Translations under genes and position numbers: made by a program | Notes under the pieces: model-generated | Database searches by the model: none | The model's input: only the letters and a program-made list of their open reading frames with translations | What the model was told of the DNA's origin: nothing | From: Phyllobates terribilis | Lineage: Eukaryota | Length of the DNA stretch: 64,000 bases | Reading direction: 5' to 3' | Assembly (NCBI RefSeq): GCF_046119375.1 | Contig: NW_027362764.1 | Span: 156,426,001 to 156,490,000 of the forward strand | Shown here: piece after piece, positions 1 through 13,123 of the stretch | How the letters are laid out: each line of letters begins with the position of its first letter | Numbering within the stretch: position 1 is the stretch's first letter

Positions 1-1197
1 TGGGCACAGATTAAGGACCTCTGCACCCTTCTCACAGTTTCGGAATGGCTACTAAGATGGTTCGCGCTGACAATGCCATCATCAGCATCACTATTCCGGT
101 CATCTACATGCTGGAGCAGACTTTGAATAGCCTGCAGGAGGAGTTTGTGGTCCCAGAGGAAGAGGAGGATGCAGAAGGGATAAGAATGTCTTAAAGTTAC
201 AGACTGTCGTCACACAGGCGGGTGCCAAGGGAGGGTGGATTACTGCGACAGAGAGGAGCTGGTGATACCAGGCAAACTGTTAGTGAAGGTGCAAGAGCCG
301 AGAAACAAATGGAGGAGGAAGAGGTGATGGGCGAGCAACAGTCAGGAGATGAAGAGAATAATCATCCCCTCTTTATTGTTCGTGGTTGACTGGAGGGGAC
401 GGAGGAAACAAGTGTTACACAGCCACCAACACAGCATGGCCTTAGACCTTTGAGAGCCTTTTTGCTGCACTATCTGCAACATGATCCCCGTATAGTTAGG
501 ATTCGAAATAGTACTGACTACTAGGTTGCCACTCTGTTAGATCCATGTCATAAGAGTAAATTTTGCCAGATGCTTCCCGCCCTGGAAAGGGACCCGCGAA
601 TGCTGGAGTATCGAAATAAGCTTTTACACAACCTTAAGAGAAGTTTTCCCCAAGACAGCAGTGAGGCACACAGTGTGCATCGCAGCTCTAGACTTTTTTT
701 TACCTCCTTTTACCTCCGACACGTCAATTCATCAATGCAAAAACATAAGCAGCAGCAGCAACAGCAGCATCATAAGTGGCATAAGCAATTTCCGTGAGTC
801 CTTTCACACATTTTTTACACCAGCTTGTGCACCAGCACAACAGAGTACAAGTCTGACACGTGGTGAACAACTGGAGAGGATGGTGCAGGAGTATCTAGAG
901 CTCCATATCAATACCATCAGGAAGGGTTTGGACCCTTTTACATTTTGGTCATCAAAAATGGATGAGTGGCCTGCGCTCGCCTGTCATGCCTTGGAGGTTT
1001 TAGCATGCCCAGCAGCCAGCGTTCTCTCTGAACGTGTCTTCAGCGCTGCTGGTGGTGTCTCGACGGATAAGCGCAGCCGGCCGTCCCCTGAAAGTGTAGA
1101 CAGCCTAACTTTCATCATGGATCTCCAAGGACTTTTGCACCCTAATTGCAGACTGTACAGACTAGGCAATTTTGTAGTTTTTAGTGTGCTGCATTGA
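1..1197 (+). pseudogene. hAT transposase C-terminal region (dimerisation domain), frameshifted
   Basis: ORF 661-1197 contains FWSSKMDEWPALACHALEVLACPAASVLSERVFSAAGG, the hAT C-terminal motif with the catalytic E in SER. Upstream frames resemble 46416-46560. Confidence 0.85.
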
Positions 1198-1282
1198 TCT
1201 CGCGTAATTGCAGTCTGTGATATCTTTAACGTGGCTTCTGTGTCTGCTGTTGCTGCTACTGCAGATGTTAACACTAATTTTT

Positions 1283-1532
1283 GGAAATGTGAACACTCCT
1301 GGTTGGGTCTCCATGTGCTGTGTTGGCTGTAGTGGAAGAGGTGTCGGTCCTAATTATACTATTTCTACTATACTGAAATTGATGCCACTTTGGTGGTGTC
1401 AACCCCTTATTTAGGGAAATGTGAACACTCCTGGTTGGGTCTCCATGTGCTGGGTTGGCTGTAGTGGAAGAGGTGTCGGTCCTAATTATACTATTTCTAC
1501 TCTAATGAAATTGATGCCATTTTGGTGGTGTC
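1283..1532. repeat. Two-copy 132-bp-period tandem repeat in hAT subterminal region
   Basis: GGAAATGTGAACACTCCTGG...TTTGGTGGTGTC at 1283-1400 and 1415-1532. Confidence 0.9.
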
Positions 1533-2002
1533 TGACCCTAATTTGATCTGTTTTGGCAGCTTTTGGGCCCATTTGAAGGTGTTGTGCATGCCTTTGGTTT
1601 TGCCTCCAATTGAATCCAATGGGGTTCAGATTTGTTCGACCAATGTTCGTTGACTTAAACGGTGAATATTGCAAATTCAACTATCGTAAATCGAACCGAA
1701 CATTGAAATGTTCACTCATCTCTACTCAGGAGATGCTAACTTTGTCTTTTGCAATGAACATGTGGGACGTGGGTGTCAGCCTTTAATTTGGTTGTTCACT
1801 CCTCTCATCTATCCAAGGCTGTTTATTATTTTAGAGTACAGTACAGCAGATTCCTACCTCTCCAGAAATCACTTTTTTTATAAGTCTAGGCCCAAGAGAG
1901 TGAGGAGTTATCTGTGGGTTTGTCTTGTCATGGCAGGTGGGCTCACACAATTTGATCAAGTATTTACAAAGGTGTATTTTGTTTCTGTGAATTAGATATA
2001 AA

Positions 2003-2990
2003 GTACAGTACATTGGTGTTTTAAAGTTTATGAACCCTTCAGATTTTTCCATATTTCCGCATAAATTTGATCTAAAACTACAGATTAAGAGTACTAAATA
2101 CACCAAATGAGTCAAATATATTAGACTTTGTCCATTCTTAAATAAATGAGGAAAATTATACAATATCACACGTCTCTCAGTGGCAAAAGTATGTGACCCA
2201 TTGCAGTTAGTATCTGGTGTGACTCCTTCAGCAATAACTAAACGATTCTGATAATTGTTAATTAGTTTTGCACATTGGCTTAGTGGAATTGTATCCCATT
2301 CCTCCCTACAAAACAGCTGCATCTATGTTATATTGATGGGTTTTCTCCCATAAACTGCTTGCTTTTTTGATAAGATTAGGACTTTGACATGGCCATTTCA
2401 AAACTTTAACTTGATTCTTCTTTAAACATACTTTTGTAGAACAGCTTGTGTGCTTTGTGTTGCTGTCTTGCATTGAGAAATTGAGAATCTTTAATTGAGG
2501 TTTTGATGGTGGACAGATGTCATGACATTCTTTTTTAGAATTTGCTGATAACATTCAAAATGGCAAGTCATCTTGGCCTACAAGCAGCAAAACAGACTCA
2601 AACCATGATACTACCATCAACAAGTTTCACAGAAATTTATGAATTTTATCCTGTAATACAGTGTTTTTCTTCATCCAAACAGAATGCTTCTCAATTTAAC
2701 CAAAAAGCTCAATTTTGGTCTCCTACATCCACAAAATATTATTCCAATAGCCTTCTGGCATATTCAAGTGATCTCTAGTGAACTGCAGACAGATAGCAAT
2801 GTCCTTTTTGGAGAGGACATGCTTTCTTCTTGCAATCCTGACATGCACATCATTGTTGTTAAGTTTACTCCTGATGGTAGACTCATAAACATTTAGATTA
2901 GCTAATGTGAGCTAGGCCTTTAGTTGCTTGGAGGTTACCTTGGGTTTCTTTGTGATCTCATGGTCTATTATATGCCTTGCTCTTGGAGAT
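2003..2990 (-). mobile_element. Degraded Tc1-like transposon
   Basis: Minus-strand fragments LKVLKWPCQS.NL and EEWDTIP...KLINNY.NRL; CAAAAGTATGTGACCC-type inner repeat near 2185. Confidence 0.65.
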
Positions 2991-3847
2991 ATACTAAAAA
3001 AAAATTAGCCCAGAACTTCTAATCTTAATAAATGAAAATGTTTCATTAAAGTGTGGATGTTCTCTTCAAAGCAATAATATTGTAAACTATTATGCACTGT
3101 ATTGTACAAAACTATTTTCACAAACAACCTCGTTTGACAAGTTTTGGGCTGTGTTGTGATGAGACTGAAGTTGCTTGTTCGAAATGTGTCAAACGTTGAG
3201 GCAGCACATTTCTTTACAAGTAGGAAGTATTTCTTTGTCAAAAATACTAGCAATACCTTTCCCTATCACAACATACTTTGACTGCTTGATTTAACCTTTT
3301 CAGTGACATTCCCTTAAAGAAGCTTGTCAGTCACTTGAAGTCTATAAATCCTGCACCCATGCTTGCAGCTTACCTTGTTATTAAAAATGGCAACTGTTTA
3401 GTTTTGTGTTTCACAGCCAAGTTTCTGTGAAAAAACTGTTATTCATTCAGCAGCAATATTAGTATTGGCAAACTGTTTCTAGTCAATCAATCAGTCACTG
3501 AAATTAAAACACTTCTGTAAACCCGAGCATTGCACAATAGGGATCTTTCCTGCCTCTACAATGAGTCGTCTCTTTGTATTAGGGCTCTCAGTTCCATCAA
3601 GGGGTAAAATATTTTTTGTTGCTTTCCGTGCAGTAAAAAAATATTGATAAATTGAGAATCTTTAATTATTCACTTCAATGTGATTACAGTTTGGTTAAGA
3701 CCTTGCATAGCAGCCGTGGTTTAAGCAGTTTTAGCTAATAAAACATATTAAACACCTATATTATAAAATGTGTGCCAAAATAAGTATTACTAAATTGTTC
3801 TGATTTGTGGTAAAAAAAAAAGTGCCGTAATGTTTTTAGCACCAGCA

Positions 3848-4382
3848 TGTCTTTTGTAGGTTTTGTTTCTTTTTGCTAGTGTGAACATGCTCCTATTTCT
3901 TGCATGTCTACCATCTTAGACCTCAGTTCACATTGCTTGGTTTTTTGTCTTGTTTGCATTCTGTGCAATTTAAGGGTGTGGCATCCCCTTTGTTGAGCTG
4001 ACTGGTATATATGTAGCTTACCACGGGCCTGGGTGGTCTGGAGTTGGGACCCGGTCCTATTTGTCTACCCTTTTATATGCATTACTTCAACTTTGATATA
4101 CAGTAAGGTTTTTAATATAGGCAGTATAGGTACCGTCCCAATTTAGGGTCACCTTGCCGCTGGTGGGACGGCTTGTATACTTTTTTTGATCAAAAATAGT
4201 TCACTAAGTACCCTATATTTATTATGCAACTTTGCTTTACATTTATATATAATGATGGTAGGGTATGAGATATATTTTTGTCTTTTGTCTTTTGTAGGTT
4301 TTGTTTCTTTTTGCTAGTGTGAACATGCTCCTATTTCTTGCATGTCTACCATCTTAGACCTCAGTTCACATTGCTTGGTTTT
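3848..4382. repeat. ~97-bp dispersed direct duplication
   Basis: TGTCTTTTGTAGG...CATTGCTTGGTTTT at 3848-3944 and again at 4286-4382. Confidence 0.85.
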
Positions 4383-4389
4383 ATGTATA

Positions 4390-5040
4390 AATATATGTGT
4401 GGTCACTACAAAGGTCTAGCCCATGACTTATTCCTTCGAAAGAGCATACTAAGGACCAGGGGGCACTTATTATGGGTGGAAGAAAGGCGATTCCGGCACC
4501 TAAACAGGAAAGGGTTCTTTACAGTCAGAGCAGTCAGACTGTGGAATGCCCAACCACAAGAGGTAGTGATGGCAGACACTATAACTGCTTTCAAAAAAGG
4601 GCTGGATGATTTCCTCTATACACATAACATTGTGGGCTACAGTTAAATTAGGCAAAATGTTACACCTATAGTAGTACTTTTGATCCAGGGTTCTTGTACT
4701 GATCACCTTTTCTCAAGGTCAAGAAGGAATTTTTTCCCGTGATGCAAATTGGCTGTATTCTGGGCTTTTTGGCTTCTTCTGGATCAACAGATTTAGGTAT
4801 AGGGATTTTAGTAATGCCATAACAGTAATACAAAAATAAAACTAATTAAAAAATTCTAAACTGGTTTATTTGTAATTGTAATAGTGCAGTAATGATACAA
4901 ATGAATTACCATTTTTATTTTTGAGGCCTAGTTCCAGTAAGTTAGTGTAGTGTTGGTAAGGGGAGTATAATTGGGGGAGAATGGTTGAACTTGATGGACC
5001 TAGATCTTTATTCAACCTACGTTACTATGTTACTATGTAC
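4390..5040 (+). mobile_element. CR1 LINE 3' fragment
   Basis: ORF2 C-terminus TRGHLL...RKGFFTVRAVRLWNAQPQEVVMADTITAFKKGLDDFL. The 3' end GGTTGAACTTGATGGACC...TTCAACC is followed by a (TACTATGT)n tail at ~5024-5038. Confidence 0.85.
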
Positions 5041-5049
5041 ATAGATATA

Positions 5050-5720
5050 GCAGCATATGCTCTGGATTGATTAGTCAAACTTTGGAATACATGGCAGTAC
5101 CAGAAGACAGTTTGTTCGCGAAAGGGCTTGAGAACGGTACAGTAAGGAGTGTCTACAGGCAACAGTGAAGCATGGTGGAGGGTCCTTGCAAATTCATGGT
5201 TGCATTTCAGCAAATTGTCGTTGGGTGAATATGTCAGGATTAATGGTGTTTTCAATGCTAGAAATACAGGCAGATACTTATTCATCATGCAATAAGATCA
5301 GGGAATAGTGAGATTGGCTCCAAATTTATTTTAGAGCATGCCAACAACCACAAATATACAGGAAATGGGCTTACGAACTATCTTCAATGTAAAGAAGAAC
5401 AAGGAGTCCTGGAGTGATGATATGGCCGCTGACCTCAGTATCATTGAAGTGTGTGTGGGATTACATGAAGAGACAGAAGGATTTACGTAGTACTACATCC
5501 ACAGAAGATTTGTGGTTCTCCAAGATGTTTCGAACAACCTCCCTGTCGAGTTCCTTCAAAAACAGTGTGAAAGAGTATCTAGAAGAATTGATGCTGTTTT
5601 AATGGCAAAGAGTGATCACATCAATAATTAATTTGTTTAGATTTCTATTTTGTTCATTCATTTTGCATTTTTGTTACTTAATAAAATTAAACTATTAACA
5701 CTTCTATATTTGGAAGCATT
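5050..5720 (+). mobile_element. Degraded Tc1 transposase 3' half
   Basis: ATVKHGGGSLQ.HGCIS and WP..DL..IE.VWDYMKRQK motifs across frames. Confidence 0.75.
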
Positions 5721-5721
5721 C

Positions 5722-6342
5722 TTAGGGTAGGAACATACATTCATTATTTTCAGAAGAAAAATCTGCTTCAAATACATATTTATTTTCTAATGAGTTTTTC
5801 CTGCCAATACACTTTTTGATGCATTTTTCCCATTCATTAGTATAGGTGAAATCTGCAGCAAAATCAAGTGCCAGGAAAGCAAATGAGATTCTTGATGTCT
5901 CATGCGCACTTTGCTTATTTTTTCCGTGCCAATTTGCATCAGATTTAAATCTGCAGCATGACAATTCTTTCAATGTTTTGCTGCAGAGTTAACCTATATT
6001 AAAGAATGGGGAAAACGCATCAAAAACACACACAAAAAGTCAGACACTCTTCAAAAACTCATGTATTCTATACTGCATTTTTCCTGTCAACACATCAATA
6101 TTTTCAGCAGATTTTTCTGTTGCATATACTGAACGTGTACACATACCCAAAGAATTGACATGCTGCAAATTTAAATCTGCTGCAAATCTGCAAGGAAAAA
6201 ACTAAGCAACCTGTGCATGAGACTTTAGGAATCTCATTCACTTTGCTGGTATACTGGAAAATCCTTTAGGGTTTGTGAGAAATCCACTCAGAAAAAACGC
6301 GACAAAAACGCAATAAAACCGCAATGTGTACACAGACCCTAA
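5722..6342. mobile_element. Probable PIF/Harbinger-like MITE cluster
   Basis: Begins TTAGGGTAG, ends CACAGACCCTAA (imperfect TIR); internal TGCAGCA/AATCTGC motifs. Confidence 0.4.
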
Positions 6343-7246
6343 ACTCTCCAACATTTTTTCCACACCTACCTTTTTGCACAATGCTGTATCTAAAAGTAAA
6401 AATCATGACATATTGTAAGGGATCAGCTCTCTGGTAGACGCTGGTGCACACACAAGGATCCAGTTCAAAACAAAGGTGCGGTTTAAATGTCCATAAACCG
6501 TCCAGGTTAACAAAACAGAACAACCTTTTCTGACACAAAGGGATAACATAAATGCAAATAGTACCTGATAAAAATTAGTAGCTTGGCATCAAACAACCAT
6601 GCAATTTTCAGATCACATCCTTCTGTGAGTATACTCGGTGAAACAAGGGATCATTTTGGTGCTTCGTCTTTAGAGCAATTTATAATCTATACCAAGTGAA
6701 AGAAAAGCGGCACTCACCATTTCCTTAAAATAGTCCTTTAATCCATCTTACTGGACATAGGTGCGGTGTGCAGGGGAGCAGGAAGAGTTAAGGACGACGG
6801 CTGTTTTGCATTGGAACAACAATTCTATGGGTCCAAAGCATAAATAGTCCATTTAGAGTTATTGGTTCACCCATTCAGACCCACTCACTGCTTCTCAGGA
6901 TCTAACACCAACAGAGATGGTTTCACCTCTACTCCCAGACACTGAATGAGGTAGCTGAACTGCCTCATATAGCCTGTTCCAAATCCTGTAACCCTAAAAC
7001 TCTGACCCCAAATCCAGGCCCATTAAAAACTCCTCTCAGCACTATATGTACTGGAGCCTGTTTCTCCAAGTCCTACATCACCAAGGCTTGGCATCTCGGT
7101 CAAGCTGTCTCAGTCGACCTGTAAAGCTTACAGTATATAGTATGAAGCTTTTGTATATGTATAATGCATTAAGATAAGCAAAAGTGCAAATTGCATAATA
7201 ACCTGATCAATAGCAATGCAGAAGACCCCAATGCATGTTTTGAGTG

Positions 7247-8024
7247 TGTAGTGAGCTGGCCGGCTCTGGCTGTTCTGTGATAATTGATATAGAGCCTGTT
7301 ACAGAAGTGATTACACAGGATGATGTTGCCACCTTGTGGCCAGAGGTTGCACCTGCGCAGGGTGTGATGACAGAGAAAAAGACTGAGCCTCCTGTGTCCC
7401 GCCCTAGAGAGTCACGTGACCAAAGTGGGAAGCAGGAAAAAGCGCGTGAAGTGTCTGCTGTGGTCTGTGAAAAGAGCCAGGACGGTGTGCAGGCCCTCGT
7501 GTGTGGCACAGGAGAGACTCTCAACGTGATTTCTTCTATCTAACACCATATCCTCGGAGCCTTCCCCAGCTTCTGCACTGCTGAAGGATACAGCTATTAC
7601 ACTCCCTGCTACTGGAGTGTGGACTACATAAGGGGACCCACCAGAGCTTCTATCCGGATCAGAGAGACTGTAAGGGGGACCTCTGGCCAGAGGCCGAAGT
7701 ATCCCTTCCTTTCTTTCCGCGAATTCTGCTGTTCCTGTTTTTTTTTCGGCTGGGACGCCCTCCTGCAAAGACAGACAGGCCTACGACGGGGGACACATCC
7801 TTCTGGAGTAAAGGACTGGTAACGTGTGAGTAGGGACAGTGAGGGTCAGCTTATCAGTACACGTTATTACTGTGCATATTTACGGTTGTCATTTATTGTT
7901 TTTCTTTGCTGTGTTAAAAATGTATACGAGTAAAGATACGGTTATCAAGATAGAGTCTGTGTGTGGGGATCTTGCTGGGCCAGATCATAGATACCAATGC
8001 GCGGCCTTGCCCGCGGTCACTTCA
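7247..8024 (+). repeat. G1 5' LTR (778 bp)
   Basis: Matches 13124-13886 except about 14 substitutions and one ~17-bp indel counted by eye; TG...CA ends. Confidence 0.95.
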
Positions 8025-8026
8025 TC

Positions 8027-8044
8027 TGGCGTAGTCGGCAGGAT
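8027..8044 (+). promoter_or_regulatory. Primer-binding site complementary to tRNA-Ser 3' end
   Basis: TGGCGTAGTCGGCAGGAT is the reverse complement of the vertebrate tRNA-Ser 3' end (...ATCCTGCCGACTACGCCA). Confidence 0.92.
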
Positions 8045-8992
8045 CTGTGACCAACAGGACTCCCACCCAGGCCATGTGTACAGTCAGAAACCCCCGCCGG
8101 TGTCTATTGTGAATCAGGTCAGGAAATTTGGCGGACGAAACTACCCTGTACCAGAGTGGGCGGAGCAAGTCCGGATACTGCGGGAAATGTATAATATTGA
8201 CCCTAAGACCTTGGCAGAAATGGCGGTACTGACGCTAGAGGGGGAGGCATGGACGACAGTCAGAATGGAGACGGTCAGGGGCCAGCGTACAGTAGATGAT
8301 TTGGTGCGGGTGCTGGAGAACACCTATGGGCCGACCACATACCAGGGAACACTACGACACATGTTCTTTAGACGGACCCAGCTTGAATGGGAGGATATTC
8401 CCCAATATGCGAACGCCCTTCAGGTACTCCTTGAACAAACCTGTGGAAAAGGAGAGCAACTAGCTGGTATGGCTTCTCGTGACCTGGTACTGAGAGACCA
8501 ATTTGTAATAGGACTGAGAGACCAGTATCTTAACCGCACGTTACAGGACTTGATCCGGATGATGCCGGCTCTTACTTTTGCTGAAGTCAAATAGGAAGCC
8601 ATAGAACGTTCAAGGGGACCCGTCATGGATGTGGGGATTCAAGGTGCTGCGTGCAGATCCATATCTGACATTAAAAATCCGAACAGTGACACGGAAGACC
8701 TGAAACAGATGGTAGCAGACTTACAGAGACAGATATTACAGTTAACATTAGACTGACAGGGAGACCAGCGAAGACAGCCTAGTCGTCCCGTGGGACAGTG
8801 TTGGTCATGCGGTGATCCTCGCCATAGGGCAAATCGTTGTCCTCAACACTTCCCTCCGCAACAACCTCCGTCTCACCAACGAACAAACCCTCAGTCACCC
8901 CAGCGAAGGGAATTTCGATCAGACCAGCGAATGGAACCCCAGCCATATCCACAAGCAGAGCTACCACGCCGGGCCTCACCACAATGGCCGCC

Positions 8993-8999
8993 GTTAAAC
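8993..8999 (+). promoter_or_regulatory. Putative -1 ribosomal frameshift heptamer G TTA AAC (gag to pol)
   Basis: Immediately before the gag stop; the -1 frame is the protease frame. Confidence 0.7.
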
Positions 9000-11900
9000 T
9001 AGACACCCCTGCAGCTGAGGCTCGCGCAGCAGGGGAGGCCAAGGAGAGGGGTGTGGAAAAACAGAGCCGATGGCGGAGTGCTCTTGCCGCGAATAGCCCG
9101 ACACTTGAAGTTGTCCTGGAAGGAATTGCCGTACAGGGACTGATGGACACCGGGTCACAAGTGACCACGATCTCTGAACAGTTTTCCGAAAATTACCTCA
9201 AACCAAGAACTGCTCGTGACCTAGACACCTCCATTAAGATTATTGCGGCTAATAATCTACCCATTCCAGTGACCGGAGTTGCTTGGATGGACACAAAGGC
9301 TTGCGGACAGGACTTAGGAAAACGAGGGATCGTCATCGTCAAGGAAGGTTTCGGCTCCGAGACCCCAGTGATAGTTGGAATGAACATCTTGAAGGACCTG
9401 GATCTTATGCTGTTGACAAGAAAAGGACCCAAATATTGGCAGAAAGTCACCAAACATAAGCCGACTCGTCTGGCGTTCCAGCGCGTAATCCGGACCGTTG
9501 GACTTCAATAGATGGCAGAGGAACAACTACCCCTAGCCGCCATTATGGTGCCACGCCGTACTCAGATTACTTTGCCCGCTGAAAAAGAGACAGTCATTTC
9601 CTTACCCCTTAACACCCACCGACAACTTGAGGGGGTTCAAGTGTTGATCGAGCCGAGGACCCCAAGTGGGGGTAAGCTAAACCCACTAGTTGCTCGCACT
9701 CTAGCCGTCGTGAGGAACGGGAGAGTCCCTGTCAGGCTAAACAACACCGCAGACGTAGGCCTAGCCCTTGAAGCCGGCACTCAACTTGCCCGGGTATATG
9801 CTCTACCCACGGAAGTGAATCCCATTGGGCCCCTAGAATTCACCCCGTCTACAGAAGGCGACTGGACGGTAACCATCTCAGCCATAAACGCTCAAGTAGA
9901 CGATGAAGACATTGGGCGAAAACTATGGGAAAAAGTGCAGCTAGACACGTCTCAGTACACCAAACAAGAAGTGTCTCAAGTGGAGGAACTCCTGCGGGAA
10001 CACCAAGACTCCTTTGCAAAGCATGACACAGACTTTGGGTGTACCACCAGTATCCAGCACGAGATACCCACAGGCGATACCCCCCCTATCCGCGAGAGGT
10101 ACCGGCAGATACCACCTCAGCAATACCAGGAGGTGAAAAGCCTGTTAGAATCTATGCTACACGCCGGAGTGGTACGTGAAAGCCAGAGCCCGTGGGCTGC
10201 ACCCGTGGTGATAGTCAAAAAGAAAGATGGTTCCCTAAGGTTTTGCGTGGACTACCGTAGGCTGAACGCTTGCACTATCCGGGACTCATATCCACTTCCT
10301 CGGATCGAAGAGTCACTGACCGCCCTGAAGAAGGCCAAATATTTTTCGTCCCTAGATCTGGCCAGTGGATATTGGCAGGTTCCAATGAGTGAGAAGGACA
10401 GGGAAAAGACCGCCTTCATCCTTCCCATGGGCCTGTATGAGTTTGACCGGATGCCGTTCGGCTTGAATAACGCACCGGGGACCTTTCAGAGACTAATGGA
10501 ACGCTGTCTGGGGGACTTCAACTTTGAGTTTACGCTGATATACCTTGACGACATCGTGGTATACTCCGCCACCTTTGAAGATCATCTTCACAAGCTTGGC
10601 CAAGTGTTCCAGCGCTTGAGGCGACACGGCTTGAAGTTGAAGCCCAGCAAGTGCCATCTGTTCCAGCAGGAAATCGACTACTTGGGTCACCGGATCTCGG
10701 CCGAAGGCGTCCAGCCCTCTCCGGAGAAGATAGCAGCCGTTCAAGAGTGGCCGCAGCCAACTACCGTCAAAGATGTCCGGGCCTTTCTGGGGCTAACAGG
10801 CTACTACCGTCGGTTAGTCAAGGACTTTGCTCGGCTTGCTGAACCACTGCATGAGGTTCTCCGAGGGACCGCGAACAGCCCCAGAGGACGACGCATCAGT
10901 TGGGGGCCTGACCGAGAAAAATCCTTTCAGGCACTTAAGGCTGCTCTAACATCACCCCCTGTTCTGGCATATGCAGACTACACATTACCGTTTCAGTTGC
11001 ACACCGACGCCAGCCTTCAAGGTCTAGGGGCGGTCCTCTCTCAAGTTCAAGATAATAAAGAACGCGTGATAGCCTATGCCAGTAGGTCTCTCCGCGACAC
11101 CGAAAAGAATCCCGTCAACTACAGCTCCTTCCGCTTGGAACTCTTGGTTCTGACTTGGGCTATGACGGAGAAATTTGCCGGCTATCTGACAGGAGCGGAG
11201 GTGCTGGTCATGACGGACAACAATCCTCTTGCCCACCTAGAGAATGCAAAACTAGGGGCAATGGAACAGCGCTGGATGGCCAGGCTCTCTAGATTCCAGT
11301 ACAAAATTAAATACAGGGCGGGGAACGAGAATCAGAATGCTGACAGCCTGTCTAGAGTGACATCATCCCCACCAGTGGGGGACCGGGATGAAGAGTTGGA
11401 GGAAGATGAGATGCCTGACTTTGCCCGGCTCGCAAAGCAAATAGAAGATAGCCGCCAGTATGCGGTAGGAGGGATTGAAGCCGTAGTGGGATCTCCCCTG
11501 TCCCAGCAAGAATGGGCCAAGCTTCAAGATCGAGATCCCGAGCACGTCTTACTGAAAAAGTATGTGAATAAACAAGAGAAACCGCCCTCCGAAGTGAGAG
11601 CCCGACTATCGACCGGAGCCTTGGCTCTGCTTGCCCAGTGGGATCGGCTGATCGTGAAAGATGGAGTCCTGTGTCGCAGGGCCCTTTTATCCCATATGCT
11701 GGAGGAGTGTTTGCAGATTGTCGTCCCGGTGCAGTTGGCCCATGAGATGGTGGGCGAAGCTCACAGGAGGAACGGCCACTTCGGCATAGACAAGACCCTC
11801 CGGTGGACCCAGCAGTTCATTTTTTGTCCGGGGCTCCGTAAGTTGGTTGAAAACGTCTGTCAAGCATGCCGTACCTGTGAATTCCACAAGTCCGCGGAGC

Positions 11901-13109
11901 AGCGTGCCCCCGTCCAGACTATTAAGACGTCAAGGCCCCTCGAGCTGTTGATGGTGGACTATCTGTTGATTGGAACAGCGAATAGTGGCTACCAGTACTG
12001 TCTGGTGATGGTGGACCACTTCACGAAATTCGCTGTCGCTGTTGCTACCAAGGATCAGACTGCTGAATCAGCTGCACAGGCTATCTGTCAGCAATTCGTT
12101 CGGGTCTACGGGTGTCCGGAGCGGCTACACTCTGATCAGGGGGCTTGTTTCGAAGGGTGAGTCATTGAAGAACTCCAACGGATGTATGGAATCAAGAAGT
12201 CCAGGACCACCCCTTACCATCCACAAGGGAATGGCACGTGTGAACGCTTTAACCGGACCCTCTTACAACTGATCCGGACTTTGGCTGAAGACAAAAAGCC
12301 CGACTGGCCTCGATTCCTCCCGGAACTGCTGTGGGCCTATAATAATCAGGTCCATTCCGTCACCGGATACACCCCATACACCCTTCTCTTTGGCCGTCCA
12401 GGCAAAGACATCCATGAGTTGCAACTGTCTAGCTCCGAAGAAGATACCTGTGGTACCTATCCTTCCTGGCTACAAACACACCGCCAGAGAATGGAGACTG
12501 TCTACCGGCTAGTAGGCCGACAAATTCAGGATCAAGTGCACGCTGACCCACTTCCGGTACAAGAAGACCCACTGAATGTAGGTCAACTGGTCCTAGTCCG
12601 AATAAAGAAGCCACAAGGGAAACTCCGGCCCAAGTGGGAGACCGAAGTCTATCGAGTAATTGGACAGCCGTACCCCGGTGGCCCCGTCTATCGAGTGCAG
12701 GGCGAAGACAGCGGCAGCATCCGAACTTTGCACCGTAATATGTTGCGCCCCTGCCGTTCCCAGCCTGACTCCCCTACTGTGATACCTAGAGAGATGGATA
12801 TCACTAATACTGTCGTAGACACTGACCCCGGGGATGTAGAGACTGAATGCATGCCTACCCCTGTCCGTCCGACTGACGCACTTGAACCGATTACCTCCTC
12901 TACTGACATGTCGACTGGGAAAGAGAGTGGGGTGACTGATAGGAGAGAGGGGATCCAACCCGTTAGGCGGACAATGAGGGCCACTGCAGGGGTACCTCCA
13001 GGACAGTCCTACAGAGACCAATATGTGTGGCCCTCTTCCCAGCCGCCCCCTGTCACATCCACAGCCATCGCCGCCCTGGAGCCGGTCGTTGGCAGGGACT
13101 GCCAACCTT

Positions 13110-13123
13110 TGAGTGGGGGGGCG
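13110..13123 (+). promoter_or_regulatory. G1 polypurine tract
   Basis: GAGTGGGGGGGCG directly before the TG of the 3' LTR. Confidence 0.8.

Larger units (their letters stand above)
1..1724 (+). mobile_element. hAT (Ac-like) DNA transposon, 3' part with right terminal inverted repeat
   Basis: Transposase C-terminal remnants, then a terminus reading TTCACTCATCTCTA (1711-1724). Its reverse complement resembles the TAGTGATG/TAATGATGAGCGA left ends at 36314 and 44086. Confidence 0.8.
7920..9002 (+). pseudogene. gag: G1 Gag with CCHC zinc knuckle; two in-frame stops
   Basis: One frame from ATG 7920. Capsid-like region, TAG 8592, TGA 8754, knuckle CWSCGDPRHRANRC, stop 9000-9002. Confidence 0.88.

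Noticed and set aside
570-797. PolyQ/H-ending small ORF
   Set aside because: Alternative frame of the hAT transposase across a CAG-rich tract.
6690-6840. Possible Penelope-like terminal fragment (GCGGCACTCACC...GACGACGGC)
   Set aside because: Too short and degenerate to support without a library search.
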